Source: the human T2T-CHM13v2.0 reference genome, Homo sapiens. Taken from it: a DNA stretch of 64,000 nt. The notes under the pieces were generated by a model. That model ran no database searches, was not told the origin of the DNA, and was given only the letters and a program-made list of their open reading frames with translations. The DNA lies in assembly GCF_009914755.1 (NCBI RefSeq), contig NC_060941.1; one strand, written 5' to 3'. Below are positions 1 to 12,902 of this stretch, piece by piece; position 1 is the first letter of the stretch, and the number at the start of each line of letters is the position of its first letter. Position numbers and translations under genes: made by a program.

Positions 1-19
1 ACAGACGTACTAGCTAAGG

Positions 20-241
20 GAGGGTTCCTCAGCCTCGGCACTATGGACATTTGGAGTCAGACAATTCTTTGTGTTGGAGGGAGCAGGGGCCTGTCCCAGG
101 CATTATAGGATGTCTAGCAGCATCCCTGGCCTCTACCCACTAGTTACCAGAATTATCCCCCAATTATAACAATCAAAAATGTCTCCAGACATTGCTAAAT
201 GTTTCCTTGGAGGCAAAATCACCCCCAGATGAAAACAACTG
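20..241 (-). mobile_element. MER20 (hAT-Charlie DNA transposon)
   Basis: Hallmarks GGCACTATGGACATTTGG, CAGCATCCCTGGCCTCTACCCACTAG, AAAAATGTCTCCAGACATTGC, GGCAAAATCACCCCCAG. Confidence 0.85.
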
Positions 242-259
242 AGCTGAATTTTTTCTTTT

Positions 260-560
260 TTAACCAGCAACTGAACGTCACAAAGGTTTACTGCTTACTC
301 CTCTGAAGAGACCTGCTCTTCAATGGGTTTTACTCCATACAGTCATTCAAGCCCCAGGCTTCCTCCCACTCATGGCTCACTGACCCCCAGCCTCAGGGCC
401 CTCCACTGGATCATTCACATCCAGCTGGCCAATGAGCTCAGGGGCAGTGTGGAGAGATTGAGGGGCCAGGCCTGGAAGTGACTGATATCACTTCTGTCCA
501 TGGGCTACTGGCCCCACTTAACAGCAAAGGGTGAACCTGGCTCAGCAGTGGGCAAGGAGG
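260..560 (-). mobile_element. Old MaLR LTR fragment (MLT1J/K-like)
   Basis: Degenerate motifs CAGTCATTCAAG and GGCCTGGAAGTG..ATCACTTCTG. Confidence 0.4.
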
Positions 561-698
561 GAACCCCAGATATGATGGACAGCTACCCCCATGCCATGTC
601 AGCTCCTGGTCCTGGCCCTGACTCTGCCATGGATGGCTCCTCTCACCTGGGCCAGTCCCTCCTCCAGGCCTCAGTTTCTTTCTCTTAAAAGGCCCCTT

Positions 699-1086
699 CC
701 ATAAACAAAAGGTGGTCTATCCATTCAATGGAATATTACTCAACCATAAAACAGAATGAAGCACTGATATGGGCTACAACACGGATGAACCTCAAAAACA
801 AGCCGCGTGAAAGAAGCCAGACACAAAAATATTTTATGATTCCATTTCTATGAAATATCCAGGATAGGCAAATCCATAGAGACAGAAAACAGGTTAGTGG
901 TTGTCAGGGGCTGGGGGGAAGGAGAGTAGGGAATGACTGCTTAATGAGTCCCAGGTTCCCTTTTAGGGTGCTTAAAAAATATTTTAGAACTACATAGAGG
1001 TGATGAATGTACTAAATGCTGCTGAATTATACACTTTAAAATGGTTAATTTTATGCTATGAGAATTTTACCTAAACTAAAAAAAAT
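699..1086 (+). mobile_element. L1MB-type LINE-1 3' end
   Basis: ATGGAATATTACTCA, GGATGAACCTCAAAAAC, GGCAAATCCATAGAGACAGAAA, ACTTTAAAATGGTTAATTTTATG, A-rich end. Confidence 0.85.
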
Positions 1087-1484
1087 TAAAGGAACTTCCA
1101 GCTGTAACCTTCGGTGAATGCTTAAGATCCAGGCAGTACAGGAACCAGGCTAGGGCACCCAAAAGTAGGAAAATGGGAATCTGTTTTCCCCGGAGACACA
1201 CCCCAAATAAATAAGAAAACAAAGGCCCCTAGTCCCCACTCTGCCTTTTGAGTCAATGCAATATAAGTGAGCTTTGTAAACTATAAAGCTCTCTATAAAT
1301 GTAAGCAGACATTATTACTGGGGCATTATTTAGGATCTCATTGTTATTCTGAATGCAGCCAGGGCAGGGCTGGACATGAAGGGAGTGAGCTGCATAAATG
1401 CGTGTGTATTAAGGGCAAGCCAGCACAGGGGCTCTAAATGCCGTGGCCCAGAACAGCCATTACTATTTAGGATGATGTAAATTA

Positions 1485-2280
1485 ATAATGAAGCTGCTAT
1501 TTCTTGCTTCCTAGGTGCCCAACACTACACAACACACCTTCCATGCATCTACTCAGTTAAACTTCTCCGCATTCTTGAAAGGTAGTAGGATTAGAACTGT
1601 TTTAAGATGAGAAATAGAAAAGTGAAAGGTTAAATAACTTGCTATATGAGTTATCTATTGCTAAGTAACAAGTTATCCCAAAACTTAAACTGTGGCTTAA
1701 AACACAGTTATTATCTCACACTTTCTATGGGCTGGGAATTTGGGCAGAGCTCAACTGTCCTCTGTCTCAGGGTCTCTCGTAGGCTGCAATTGAGGGGCTG
1801 GGGTCTCATCTGAAGGTTCAGCTGGGGAAAAGATCCACATCCAAGCTCATGTGGTCATTGTGATTCAGTTCCTTAAGGGACTGAGTGTCTTGGATCCTAG
1901 CTGGCAGGTGGCTGGAGGCCACTCTCAGTTTCTTGTCACATGAGCCTCTCCAACATGGCAGCTTGCTTCATGAAAGTGGCAAGCCAAGAAGGCACTAGAA
2001 TCTAACAAGACAGAGATTGTCATCTGATGCAGCCTGTCATCGAAGAGCACCTCCTCACCTTTGCTGTCTTCTGTTGGCTAGAAGCAAGTCACTAGGTCCA
2101 GCCCACACTCTAGGGGAGGGGACTAACACAAGGGCATGAGCACCACGAGGTGGGAATCAGGGCGGGGGACCATCTCGGAGTCTTCCCACCGTGCTTGCCA
2201 AAGGTCTGTGGGTGCTAGAAAGCCAAGCTACATGCACCCTGGCTTTGTAGAGGAGGCTCAAGCCCATATCATTGCACTAT
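1485..2280 (-). mobile_element. MIR split by an MLT1 LTR
   Basis: TTTTAAGATGAGAAA..GGTTAAATAACTTGC before 1643; resumes CTTGCCAAAGGTC after ~2192. Confidence 0.5.
1643..2191 (-). mobile_element. MLT1F-like MaLR LTR
   Basis: TTATCTATTGCTAAGTAACAA, TGGCTTAAAACA, AGAAGCAAGTCACTAGGTCCAGCCCACACTC. Confidence 0.75.
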
Positions 2281-4448
2281 ACTTTCTCCATGTTCTTCAA
2301 GGGTAGGCAGGGCGTGGGGGAAGGCAAAGAGGGAGAGAGAAAGAGAGAGACTTTTCTATAGAACAAAAAGATGCATTAAGCTCTTCCTGGCCAGGCTACA
2401 CTGATGAGGCTGTTCCTGCAGGACACAGCCCAGAGCTAAGGCTGCCCCCAATATTAATGGTGTCCTCATTAAAGTCATGAGCAGGGCTATATTTTAATTG
2501 CCTGGCAGAGCCCTGAGCACCTAAAGGGGAGACTTGCCACATCCTCCTCATCATGACTATTAATAGGCTGGGAACATTCAGGGCTGCTCAAGCCCAGGGT
2601 TGGCAACCCCCACTCCCTCCAACACAAGCAGCTCAAGTCTTCTCCAGACCTTCTTTACACCAGCCCCACAGACCTGCAGTAACCAAGGGCAACACCTGGC
2701 CTTTTCCCCAAGGCTGGTATAGTGTGTGCCTGGAACTTGGTCTTCTGAGCATCTGGGAGACAAGGGTGAAAGACCCAACCCGTCACCACCCAACCTGCTC
2801 AAGGGAAGAGCCTCATCTCCTAGCCCTGTCTCCCTGGCAGCCAGCACAGTGCCTGGCAGGTGGGCCTCAGTGCATGAGATGAGTCAGTGGCTGCCCACAG
2901 GGGTCATCTATGCAGATGTGGTAGGATGCCCATGAGACCAAGTTTGAGCAGGGAAAATTAGTCTCCACCAGCTTCTGATTTCCCATCTATCTTTGGGTGA
3001 GGGGGATGTTTTCAAACTCTCTAATGGCCAGAAGACCAAGGCAGAGGGGAGAACACCTGAGATTAGCAGGCTGAGTGCTTTTGTAAATATTTACCTTCTT
3101 GGTGCCCCAGGGATGTAACCATACAAAATGTAACCCTCCCAGCACCCCCGGCTTCCAATTCAGACAGGGTAGAGATGCCATGCCTCAGTGTACCTCCAGG
3201 GTTGGAAGTGAACACCTGCCATTGTCCCACCCGCATTTCTTTCTCTAGAGATTGCCAGGTTTTGAAACATAAAAGCTTCTATGCAATCCCCTTCCAGCCA
3301 TAGAGTGGCGCCATTTGCTCTTCAGCCTCCCTTCCAAGTAAAACTCTTGAGAGATTCCAGTGTGCATTGCTTTCTCCATTCTAGGGGTACCTATCATCAG
3401 TGGGTCCAAAGTGAGTTCTCTGGCTGCTTTCTTACTAAAGCAGGGATTAAAAAAAAAAAACATCTTAATATCAGGATCCATTCCACCTCTGACTATATAC
3501 ATGCATGTACATACAGCCTGACAGTCTGTGCCACATGAGTAGTCTAGAAGGCCACCTTTCCTTCCACGGCCTCCCTAGCTTGGACGGGCTGGTAACTGTA
3601 TCATTCTTATTTGCAAGGCTGGACTAAATCTTGTAGGGCATGTTATCCAATGGCCACAGAGACCTCTTGACTCCTCCAACAGGAAAATGGGCAGCTCCTC
3701 CCCCTGAGAAGTCTTGGCCAAGCAGGGTCAGAGCCCCCACACCCTGCCCACCCACTCCCTACCCACTCCTCCCCAGTCACAGGTCTCCTTTCCTCCAAGT
3801 TCCAGCATGCCTCCTCCTGCCTCCCTAGGCCCAACTTTGCTGTGCTGGGAGCAAAGAAAGCTTTATTGAATTTTCGCGAGTACTTTGCATGGCATCTGAT
3901 TTACAATTCATAACCTGGATTATACTGCGAGTTCAGCCTTCCGGGGTCGGTGTAATTTAGATCTTGGAAATATTTGCCGTGCTTTCAATTCCCCTGACAT
4001 CTAAGGGATTGGAAATGGATTCTGCCCCTGGAGGTTTGCTATTTGGAGGGGCCGATGGAAGGGGGTACAGGGATGAAGACAGCTCACAAAGGGAAGGTGG
4101 GGAGCAGTGAGGCGTGAAAACTGAGGTAGGGAAAAGATAAAGTTAAACACCAGCAGGAGGGAATGATCACATGCATGAGACAGAGGGGCAGGGGAGGCCA
4201 CGTGACCAGGCTCCCTACCACCTGCACGCGTCACCTCTGCTTGTGTGGTGATGGCCCTGGGGACAGGAGTGCTGCTGTCCAGGGGAAGTGCCTTGGCAGC
4301 GTGGAGCAACCCACCTTCCCATCCCACCTTCTGGTCCTGCCTCTTTCCCTACCTGGCTGTAAGAGGGGCAAATCCCCTAGACTTTTTCTTTAACCAGTCT
4401 TATATAATTCACATACCATACAATTTGCCACTTAAAGCGTGCAATTCA

Positions 4449-4773
<325 letters not shown>

Positions 4774-4871
4774 TTAGTGTATTTACAAAGTTGTACACAC
4801 ATCACCATGATCAATTTTCGAACATTTTCATTACCCCAAATAAATACCCTGCACCCCTTGGCCATCACCCC

Positions 4872-5471
4872 TGTACTAGTTTCCTGGGGCAATTGTAACA
4901 GATTAATTATAAACTCAGTGCCTTTAAATAACAGAACTTGGTCCTCTGTCTGTTGTGGAGGCCAGAGTCTGAAATCAAGGTGTGGTCCGGGCCGCGGTCC
5001 CTCCAAAGACTCCAGGAGAGAGTCCTTCCTTGCCTCTTCCAGCTCCTGGGGGCTCCAGGCACTCCTTGGCTTGGGGCTGCATCGCTCCAACCTGTGCCTC
5101 TGTCTTCACTCGGCCTTCTCCCCTGTGCCTCTGAGGACCAAATCTCTCTCAGCCTTTTCCTTATAAGGACACATGTCAATGGGCCCACCCTAAACCTAGC
5201 ATGACCTCATCTTTAGGGTCTACCATAAATCTAGCATGACCTCATCTTTAGGGTCCACCCTAAGTCTAGGATGACCTCATCTGCAGTGTCCACCCCAAAT
5301 CTAGGATGAATTCATCTTTAGGGTCCCCCCTAAATCTAAGATGACCTCATCTTGATACCTTTAACTTAATTATATCTGCTATGAATCTTACAAAAATGAG
5401 TCCACATTCACAGGTTCTTCAGGTTAGAATATGGACGTATCTTTTGGGGGAACACACGTCCACCCACTATA
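4872..5471 (-). mobile_element. MLT1A/B-like MaLR LTR with internal tandem expansion
   Basis: GGAGGCCAGAGTCTGAAATCAAGGTG, TCCTTCCTTGCCTCTTCCAGCT, CTTAACTTAATTATATCTGC-like motif. Confidence 0.8.
5181..5353. repeat. Minisatellite, 5 x 35 bp (GGGTCCACCCTAAATCTAGSATGACCTCATCTTTA)
   Basis: Units start at 5181, 5216, 5251, 5286, 5321. Confidence 0.9.
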
Positions 5472-5792
5472 TTGTCCTTTTGCCTCTGTCTTCCCCAGCC
5501 CCTGGCAACCACTGATCTATATAGATTTGTCTATTCTGGACATCTTATATGAATGGAACCATACAATATGCTGTCCTTTGTGATTGGTTTTTTTCACTTA
5601 GCACAATGTTCTCAAGGTTCATCCATGTTCTAGTACGTATCAGTATTTCGTCTCTTTCAATTATTGAATAATATGGATATATAACATCATATCTATCCAT
5701 TCATCAGTTGATAGACATATGGGTGTTTTTTTTTTTTTTTTGGCTATTCTGAATAACGTTGCTGTGAAAATTCATGAACAACCCCTAACCAC

Positions 5793-6077
<285 letters not shown>

Positions 6078-6155
6078 ACCCCTAACCACTTTTACCATTA
6101 GCGAAATAGTGAGAATTTCATATTTGTCTTCCCCAAAACCCAGCGTTAGGATGAG

Positions 6156-6715
6156 TACGGCAGGCAGCTTCTAGAATGGCTCTGAGTGTTCTCCCATCTC
6201 CTGGTATTCACGCTCTTGTGTAATCCTCTTGCCTTGAGCATGGGATGGACCTAGTGACTTATTTCTAAGAAACAGAATATAGCAAAAGTGATGGGATGTC
6301 ACTACCAAGATTAGGCTGTAAAACACTGTAACTTCTGGCTTGCTCTCAGTCTCTTGCTTGATCACTTACTTTCTCTGTTGAATCAACCTGCTATGTTGTA
6401 ATCTTTTCTATGGAGAAGCCCATGTAGCAAAGAACTAAGGACAGCCTCTGGCCAAGAGCCCTCTAGGGACTAGGGCTTGCCAGCAACCACATGAGTGAGC
6501 ATGAAAGTGAATCCTTCCCCAACCAAGACTTCAGATTAGACTGAATCCCTAGCTGACAGCTTGATTACAGCCTGGAGAGACACCCTGAGCCACAGCACTC
6601 AGCAAAGATCACCAGGATTCTTGACCCTTAGACTGTGAGAGGATATTGTATGTGTGTTGGTTTAAGCTACTCCATTTTAGGCTAATTTTTATGCAGTCTT
6701 AAATAAAGTGAAGAC
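6156..6715 (+). mobile_element. MLT1F-like MaLR LTR
   Basis: CTCCTGGTATTCACGC, GGACCTAGTGACTT, GCAAAAGTGATGGGATGTCAC, TTTAAGCTAC. Confidence 0.8.
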
Positions 6716-7224
6716 AGAAGAAAAGATACTCTTGGGAGACCCTGAGCTGCCAGGATGGTGGATCAGGGATGAGCTTATTGGGAATGACACTTAGCCCAGA
6801 TGACCTGATGTTGAAAAGTCTTGGCTGCAGACATCCCAACACCAAAGTCTATTAAATGATTTCATTTTCTTCTTTGGGATGGAGGAGAAGTGCTGAGATA
6901 ACCAGAGTGAAAAAATCAGATGTGATATGCCATCTTCCTCCCTCTGAAGCTACAGAGCCCTGAAGGCATGGAAGGCACGGAAGTTGAAGGAAGGAGCAGT
7001 GGTTAGCTCCAAATTTGCTCAAAAGCACTACAAAGAGTAGAGTTGGGTCAAGGAACTAGAAATCTGGGCTTCCAGGACAGTGCTCTTTCTAGTGCACTAG
7101 ATTTCCTAAAGGGCAAAGAAAGCACATTATCTGATCCAGAAAAGACTGCTTAGGGTGGCCGAGAGGGTGAATACCTGAGGACAAGAAAATATCAAGGCTT
7201 AATGGCACTATCAAAGTGTTAAAA

Positions 7225-8155
7225 TTTTATTACAAAAATGGCTCTGACCATATCACTCATCCTACATGGTCTTCTCACAATGTGACTTTGCCACTTCCCC
7301 TATCAAAAAGGAAAGTCAACATCTTCCCTGAAACCTAATCAGACCTTAGTGACTCCTTCAGCAAAGTATAGCAGGAATGATGCTACATGACTTCCAAAGC
7401 TAGGTCATAACAGGTGACACAGTTTCCACTTGCCTCTCTTTTGGGATGCTTACTCTTGGAACCCAGCTGCCATGTTGTGAGGAACCCCAGGCCACACGGA
7501 GAAGCCATGTGTAAGTGTCCTGTCAGACAGCTCCAGCCAAGGTCCCAGCCAATAGCCAACATTAACTACCAGACATGAGAGTGAGGAAGTCTTTCAGATG
7601 ACTCTAGCCACCATCGGAATAAAACCACATGAGAGAACCCAAGTGATAACTGACTGGCTAAAACCAGTTAACCTCAAAAATCATGAGGAATAGTAATAAT
7701 TAATGATAGTTGTATTAGTCTGTTCTTGCCCTGCCACAAAGAACCACTTGAGACTGGGTAATTTATAAAGAAAAGAGGTTTACTTGGCTCATGGTTCTGC
7801 AGGCTGTGCAGGAAGCATGACTGGGGAGGCCTCAGAAAACTTACAGTCATGGTGGAAGATGAAGAGGAAGAAGGCACGTCTTACATGGCTGGAGCAGGAG
7901 GAAGAGAGAGAAGAGGGAGGTGCTACACATGTTTAAACAACCAGATCTCCTGAGAACTCACTCACTATCACAAGAACAGCAAGGGCTAAGTCTGCCCCCA
8001 TGATCCAGTCACCTCCCACCAGGCCTCTCCTCAAACATTGGGGATTGCAATTCAACATGAGATTTGGGTGGGGACAAAAATCCAAAGCATATCAACAGTT
8101 GTTTCATACCACTACATTTGAGTTTGTTTGTTACATACCTACAGGCAACCCAAAC
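7225..8155 (+). mobile_element. MLT1G/H-like LTR interrupted by MSTA
   Basis: CAATGTGACTTTGCC, GACTTCCAAAGCTAGGTCATAA, CTTGGAACCCAGCTGCCATGTTGTGAGGAA; resumes after 8095. Confidence 0.7.
7711..8094 (-). mobile_element. MSTA solo LTR
   Basis: TGTATTAGTC..GAGACTGGGTAATTTATAAAGAAAAGAGG..CATATCA; TSD-like ATAGT/ACAGT. Confidence 0.85.
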
Positions 8156-8187
8156 CAAGCAATAATGCTATAATCATGAAGATGATC

Positions 8188-8282
8188 TATAGATAGATAA
8201 GCTGATAGATGGATTGATGGATCAATGGGTGGATGGATGGATAGATGGATGAATGGATGGACAGATGGATGAGGAGGTGGAA
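8188..8282. repeat. (TAGA)n/(TGGA)n simple repeat
   Basis: Imperfect tetranucleotide run. Confidence 0.85.
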
Positions 8283-8304
8283 TAGGGTAACAGAGAGACA
8301 TCAA

Positions 8305-8515
8305 ATCAGTACTTACTATGTGTTCATAGTAGTCATTGACACTAGACCAAGGGATTTATTGACATTATCTCTTTTTTAATTCTCACAACAATCTTATGAA
8401 GCTGGTATTCTTATTCCCATTTATAGAAACAGTAACTTAGATTTAGAGAGTTTCAATAATGTTCCTGAGGCTACACAGCTAGCATGGAGTAGGTTCTCCT
8501 GACCTCAACGTCCAT
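8305..8515 (-). mobile_element. MIR
   Basis: TTTAATTCTCACAACAATCTTATGAAG..TATTCCCATTTATAGA..CACAGCTAG. Confidence 0.7.
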
Positions 8516-8820
8516 GATCATGATACGTCTGGTGTGGAGCACAGGTAAGAGTGTGAAACTGAGAGTGAACGTAATAGAAATTCTAGGCCTAATTAACTCA
8601 GGCAGACCTTAACTATTCATGACACCAGCCTGACCTCTTTTCTGGATGCCTCACTTCAAGATTTTATCTGGAGTACATGTTGCTCTTTATTCTCCTGCTG
8701 AGGACTACAGAAAAGCCTATTTTTTGACATAAGAACAAGGAACCTAAGAGAGAAGCCTCCCTCCTGTGCTGTCTTTTGTTCTGGAAAGGCAATGACCAAA
8801 ATGGGAAGAGCTGTTTTGCT

Positions 8821-9593
8821 GGTATTGTTGTTGTCATGATGGTGATGGTGATGGTGATGGTGGAGATGGCCATGATGATGGTGAATGGTAGTGAGTGGTG
8901 GTGGAAATCGTAGTAGTGATAGTAATGATGGCGATAATGGTGATGGTGGTGATCATAGTGATGGTGGTGGTGGTGATGGTAGTGGTGATGGCTATGGTGG
9001 TGATGGTGGTGTAGCAGTGGTGGTGGTGGTGGTAATAGTGGTGGCGGTGGTGGATATGGTAGTGATGATGGTGTTAATGATTTTGGTCATGATGGTGGTG
9101 ATGATAATGGTGGTAGTGGTGATGGTGATAGTAGTGATGGTGGTGGTGATGGTAGTGATGTTGGTGGCGGTAATAATGATGGTGATGGTAATGATTTTGG
9201 TCATGTTGATGGTGATGGTAATGGTGGTGGTGGTGATGGTGATACTAGTAATAGTGGTAGTGCTGGTGGTGATAGTAGTGATGGAGGTAGTGGTGGTGAT
9301 GATAGTGCTGGTGGTGGTGATGATGGTAGCTGTGGTAATAATGGTGGTGGCAATGATGGTGATAGTAGTAATGGTGGTGATGGTGGTAGTGGTGTTAGTG
9401 GTGATGATGGAGGCAACAGTGGTGGTGATTGTAGATGTGGTCATGGTGATGGTGGTAGTGGTGTTAGCAGTGATGGTGATAGTGGTGATGATGGTGGTGG
9501 TAATGATGGTGGTGGTGGTGGAAATGATGGTGGTGTTGGTGGTAGGCATGGTAGTGTTGATAGTGGTGTCAGTGACGATGGCGTTGGTGTTAG
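8821..9593. repeat. Long degenerate (TGG/TGA/TAG)n trinucleotide repeat, ~770 bp
   Basis: Continuous GGT/GAT/AGT triplets. Confidence 0.95.
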
Positions 9594-10221
9594 TCAAAAG
9601 CCATGGACCCTCTCTGCAGAAAAGGGAGGCCTCTGGCCAGGATCATGCCAAACCCTCTCCTCTAAAGTCCAACAAAAGGAGATGGGCATGGTACTTGGCA
9701 TCCATAGAATAGAGCTGATTATATAAGGCCCTTCCAAACTCTTCCAGCAGCCAAGAGCCTCAGAGCTATTGACACTTGCCTTCTCTCCTATGTTTGTTCT
9801 AAATCTGGCTCACTGTGGCTCAAGAGCTATTACTGATTCTAAGTTAAAAACCCAATGCAAATGGAGGGTCCTTGTAAGTTTAACACATCACTCCCAAGGC
9901 TCAGCACAGTGCCTGGCCTATAACAGGCCCTTGATACACATTTATGAACAAACAAACCCTTCAGCAAGCTATAGTTTAACTGAGGACCAGAAATATCCAC
10001 AGTTGGATTCAAAAGTATTTCCTGAAGCTCTCAGGGAGGAGTATCCTAATCTAGGAGTTGGGAAGCCTGGACCTCCCTTAAGAGAAAGATGGCTTCAGAG
10101 TCCTTCTAACCATAGACATTGTGCCTTAATCACATTATTCAAGGATGCATAAACTGGCTGCTGACTAAGCCTTTTGTGTGGCCTGGAAGAAAACAGATTT
10201 TTTGAGAACTTACTACAGTAA

Positions 10222-10470
10222 AAAGTAATAGTTAATGTTTCTGATGGCTTGTGATGTGCCATTTAAAAACCACACAAATTTACTTATTTGAACTCACAGC
10301 AACCCTATCATGCATGGGTTATCATCATCAATCATCATCATCATCATTTTATGGAGGAAAAACTGTAGACAAGACACACGAAGAACAAGCAAGCTGCCCA
10401 CAGTGTCACAGCTAGCCAAGCCAGAGCTGGACAAATCCCAGGCAGTCTAAGCTGCTAACCACTGTTCAAC
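10222..10470 (-). mobile_element. MIR with (CAT)n insert
   Basis: CTCACAGCAACCCTAT, CATTTTATGGAGGAAAAACTG, GTCACAGCTAG. Confidence 0.65.
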
Positions 10471-10634
10471 CTGGCCTCTTGCCTTCCGATGTTTGCTATG
10501 AGCCTGGCCCTGCACTCTGCATCTTTCTATGAGTTGTTGCATTCCATGATGGCTTCAGTTCTATGCAATAGGTGTGCTACCGAGGTCTTGGGAGGGAGCA
10601 GTTGGCCTACTTAGAGGTGTGATGGGAGAGAGTC

Positions 10635-10869
10635 TGATATGGTTTGGCTGTGTCCTCAGCCAAATCTCATCTTAAATTGTAGCTCCCATAATTCCCACGT
10701 GTTGTGAGAGGGACCCAGTGGGAGATAATTGATTCATGGGGGCAGTTTCCCCCCTACCGTTCTCATGGTAGTGAATTAGTGAATGAGTCTCACGAGATCT
10801 GATGGTTTTATAAGGGGCTTCTGCTTTCACATGGCATGTCTTTATCAGCAGCATGAAAATGGACTAATT
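10635..10869 (+). mobile_element. THE1 LTR with internal deletion
   Basis: TGATATGGTTTGGCTGTGTC..TCTCACGAGATCTGATGGTTTTATAAGGGG joined to TCTTTATCAGCAGCATGAAAATGGACTAAT; only ~235 bp. Confidence 0.85.
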
Positions 10870-12329
10870 GGACTCTGTATTAACAGAGTCCTGATGAAAG
10901 AACCATTGACAATGGTGTAACAGGCTAAGGAGATCCAAGGAATGTGGGTGTCGCACCCAGCGCCCAGCCAGAGAGGGAAGCCAGTATGCCCCTAGGACTG
11001 AGTGGGTAAAGGAAGAGCTTGGAGACAGAGGGGACTATAGGGGAAGGCCTTGACAGCTACTGCCAAGCCACTGCCTGGCCTGGAAGGAGCCAGGACCCAA
11101 TGTCGTCACTTCTCTCATCTTACCCTCTGAGCTCTGTCACTGCCACATCTGTGCAAGCCAGAGCTAAGGTCCTCAGAGACCAGCCTCCCAATCAGAGCAG
11201 GTGGAGAAGAAGGGAGGGTGGTCGGCAAAGTAAACGGACACCTTCCAGCACAGCCGAGGCTAAGAAGTTGAGACTAAGAAACTTTACGCAACTTGCCCAA
11301 GGACACAAGCTTGGAGGTGAGAAAGCCAGGTGGACTTCAGAATTCTTCCCAAGGCTGCCTCTGTGGCCTGAGTCACAGTGAAGAAGGCTTTCGTGTGTGT
11401 ACATTGGTGTAAATGATCATCAGCCAGGCTGCCAGCAGCCTCCGCAGTGTTCTCATAATGGGATTTTAATTCGCTTCCCCCATCGTCCTGCTGAGCTGAG
11501 AAGCGCTCCTGTTTGTCTACTTCTTGTTAGGCTGCTGCTTCAAAGCAGAAACAGGAGGCAGTCCCTCTGGTCCACTTGCCTTTCATGCTCTTTGGGCCAA
11601 ACCCCTTTCCTCACGTCCCCCAGCAGTTTCCACAAATGCTGCCATCCCGCCTGTAGCCAGAGAGGAGAAGATACACAGAGTGCATCTTTGGAAAGAGGAG
11701 AGGACCTGACCACAGTCCCGGGACACTGACCAGCAGCCTGGCAAGAACAGAAAGTGGCTGTCTACCCTGAGCCAGGCTTTGGAGTCTAACAGAACCGGGT
11801 TCCCAGTCTTCCCCATATTGGGAAGCACCACCACAGTCACCCAACTGTTCAGGACCGAAGCTCGTGTGTTCACTCTTGACTCCTGTTTTTCTCACCCCTA
11901 CATCCAACCATCACCAAGTCCTTTCCAGAGAAGCAATCCCACCAGTCTGTGTCCATTCTTCTGACAGGCTGGGGTTGACTTCCGTTTCTTTGGACACTCT
12001 AAGTGGAATTCCTTTTATAATGGATGTGTTCCTGCAAATTTGGGCTTAAACTGCATTTTTGTAAATTGAACCCCAGCATGCCATTGGCTTACCCAAGCTC
12101 TCACTGAGGTTGGCTCCCCAGGGAATCCTAATACTTTAACCCTATCTCTACCGCTGGAAGACTCTAGAATTTTCCAAAAGGCATTTTGTACTGACCCACT
12201 CATGTTCCTGGTCACGGGTTGTTCCATGGGTTTTAACTACTGTGCCACTTATTGAGCTCCTAGGAGCAGTTCCCGGGGCTGCCCTGTAGGCAGCTTCCAT
12301 TGGTACTGATGGAAATGACTGTGCTGGCT

Positions 12330-12840
12330 GCACTCCACTGGACTCCCCCATCGTCCCCTCCCATTGCCCTGCCAAACCATGCTCTCTTCTCCCCTCTGCT
12401 CTGTGCCTTGGAAGGGTGACTTCTCCAGGCTGTGTCAGCTGGGCCCTTTTGTCTCCTGCCTTCTAATTGGGTTTGGCCTATCAGAGGCACTGGCAGGAGA
12501 CAGAGGGCAGGAGGAGGGAGCGATGGGGGTACTGATTCCACCCTCTCCCTCCCTCCCTGCTGCTGTTCTGAGAGCAGCTGTTTCTACCAGGGCCATGGTT
12601 CCTGTTGGGTGGCTCCCTCTCCATGGCTCCAGGCTCCGATACCTCCACTTATTTTCCTTGTCCCTTTGGACCTAAAGGTGGCAAAGCCTCCCCACTCTTG
12701 CTGGCCCCTGGATCCTACACCAGGGGAGCTGGTTTCCTTAACTCTTCTCACAAATCTATAAATGGCCTCTTTAGTAAACTGCCTTTGCTGGAACCCCTCA
12801 AGGATACCATCTGCTTCCCGCCGGGACCCTGCCTGGCACA
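12330..12840 (+). mobile_element. LTR33-like ERVL LTR
   Basis: TTGGGTTTGGCCTATCAGAGGCACTGGCAGGAGA, CCATCTGCTTCCCGCCGGGACCCTG. Confidence 0.65.
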
Positions 12841-12902
12841 ACGACAGTCATGACGATGATGTTGCCATGCTCTGAAGCTCAAAAGCCTGACTCCCAACCC
12901 CC

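Noticed and set aside
5181-5353. CRISPR-like array of 35-bp units
   Set aside because: Head-to-tail units with no unique spacers, inside an LTR in primate DNA
8885-9712. 275-aa Val/Met-rich ORF and 201-aa Thr/Ile-rich (mucin-like) antisense ORF
   Set aside because: Translations of the TGG/TGA simple repeat; no splice or domain context
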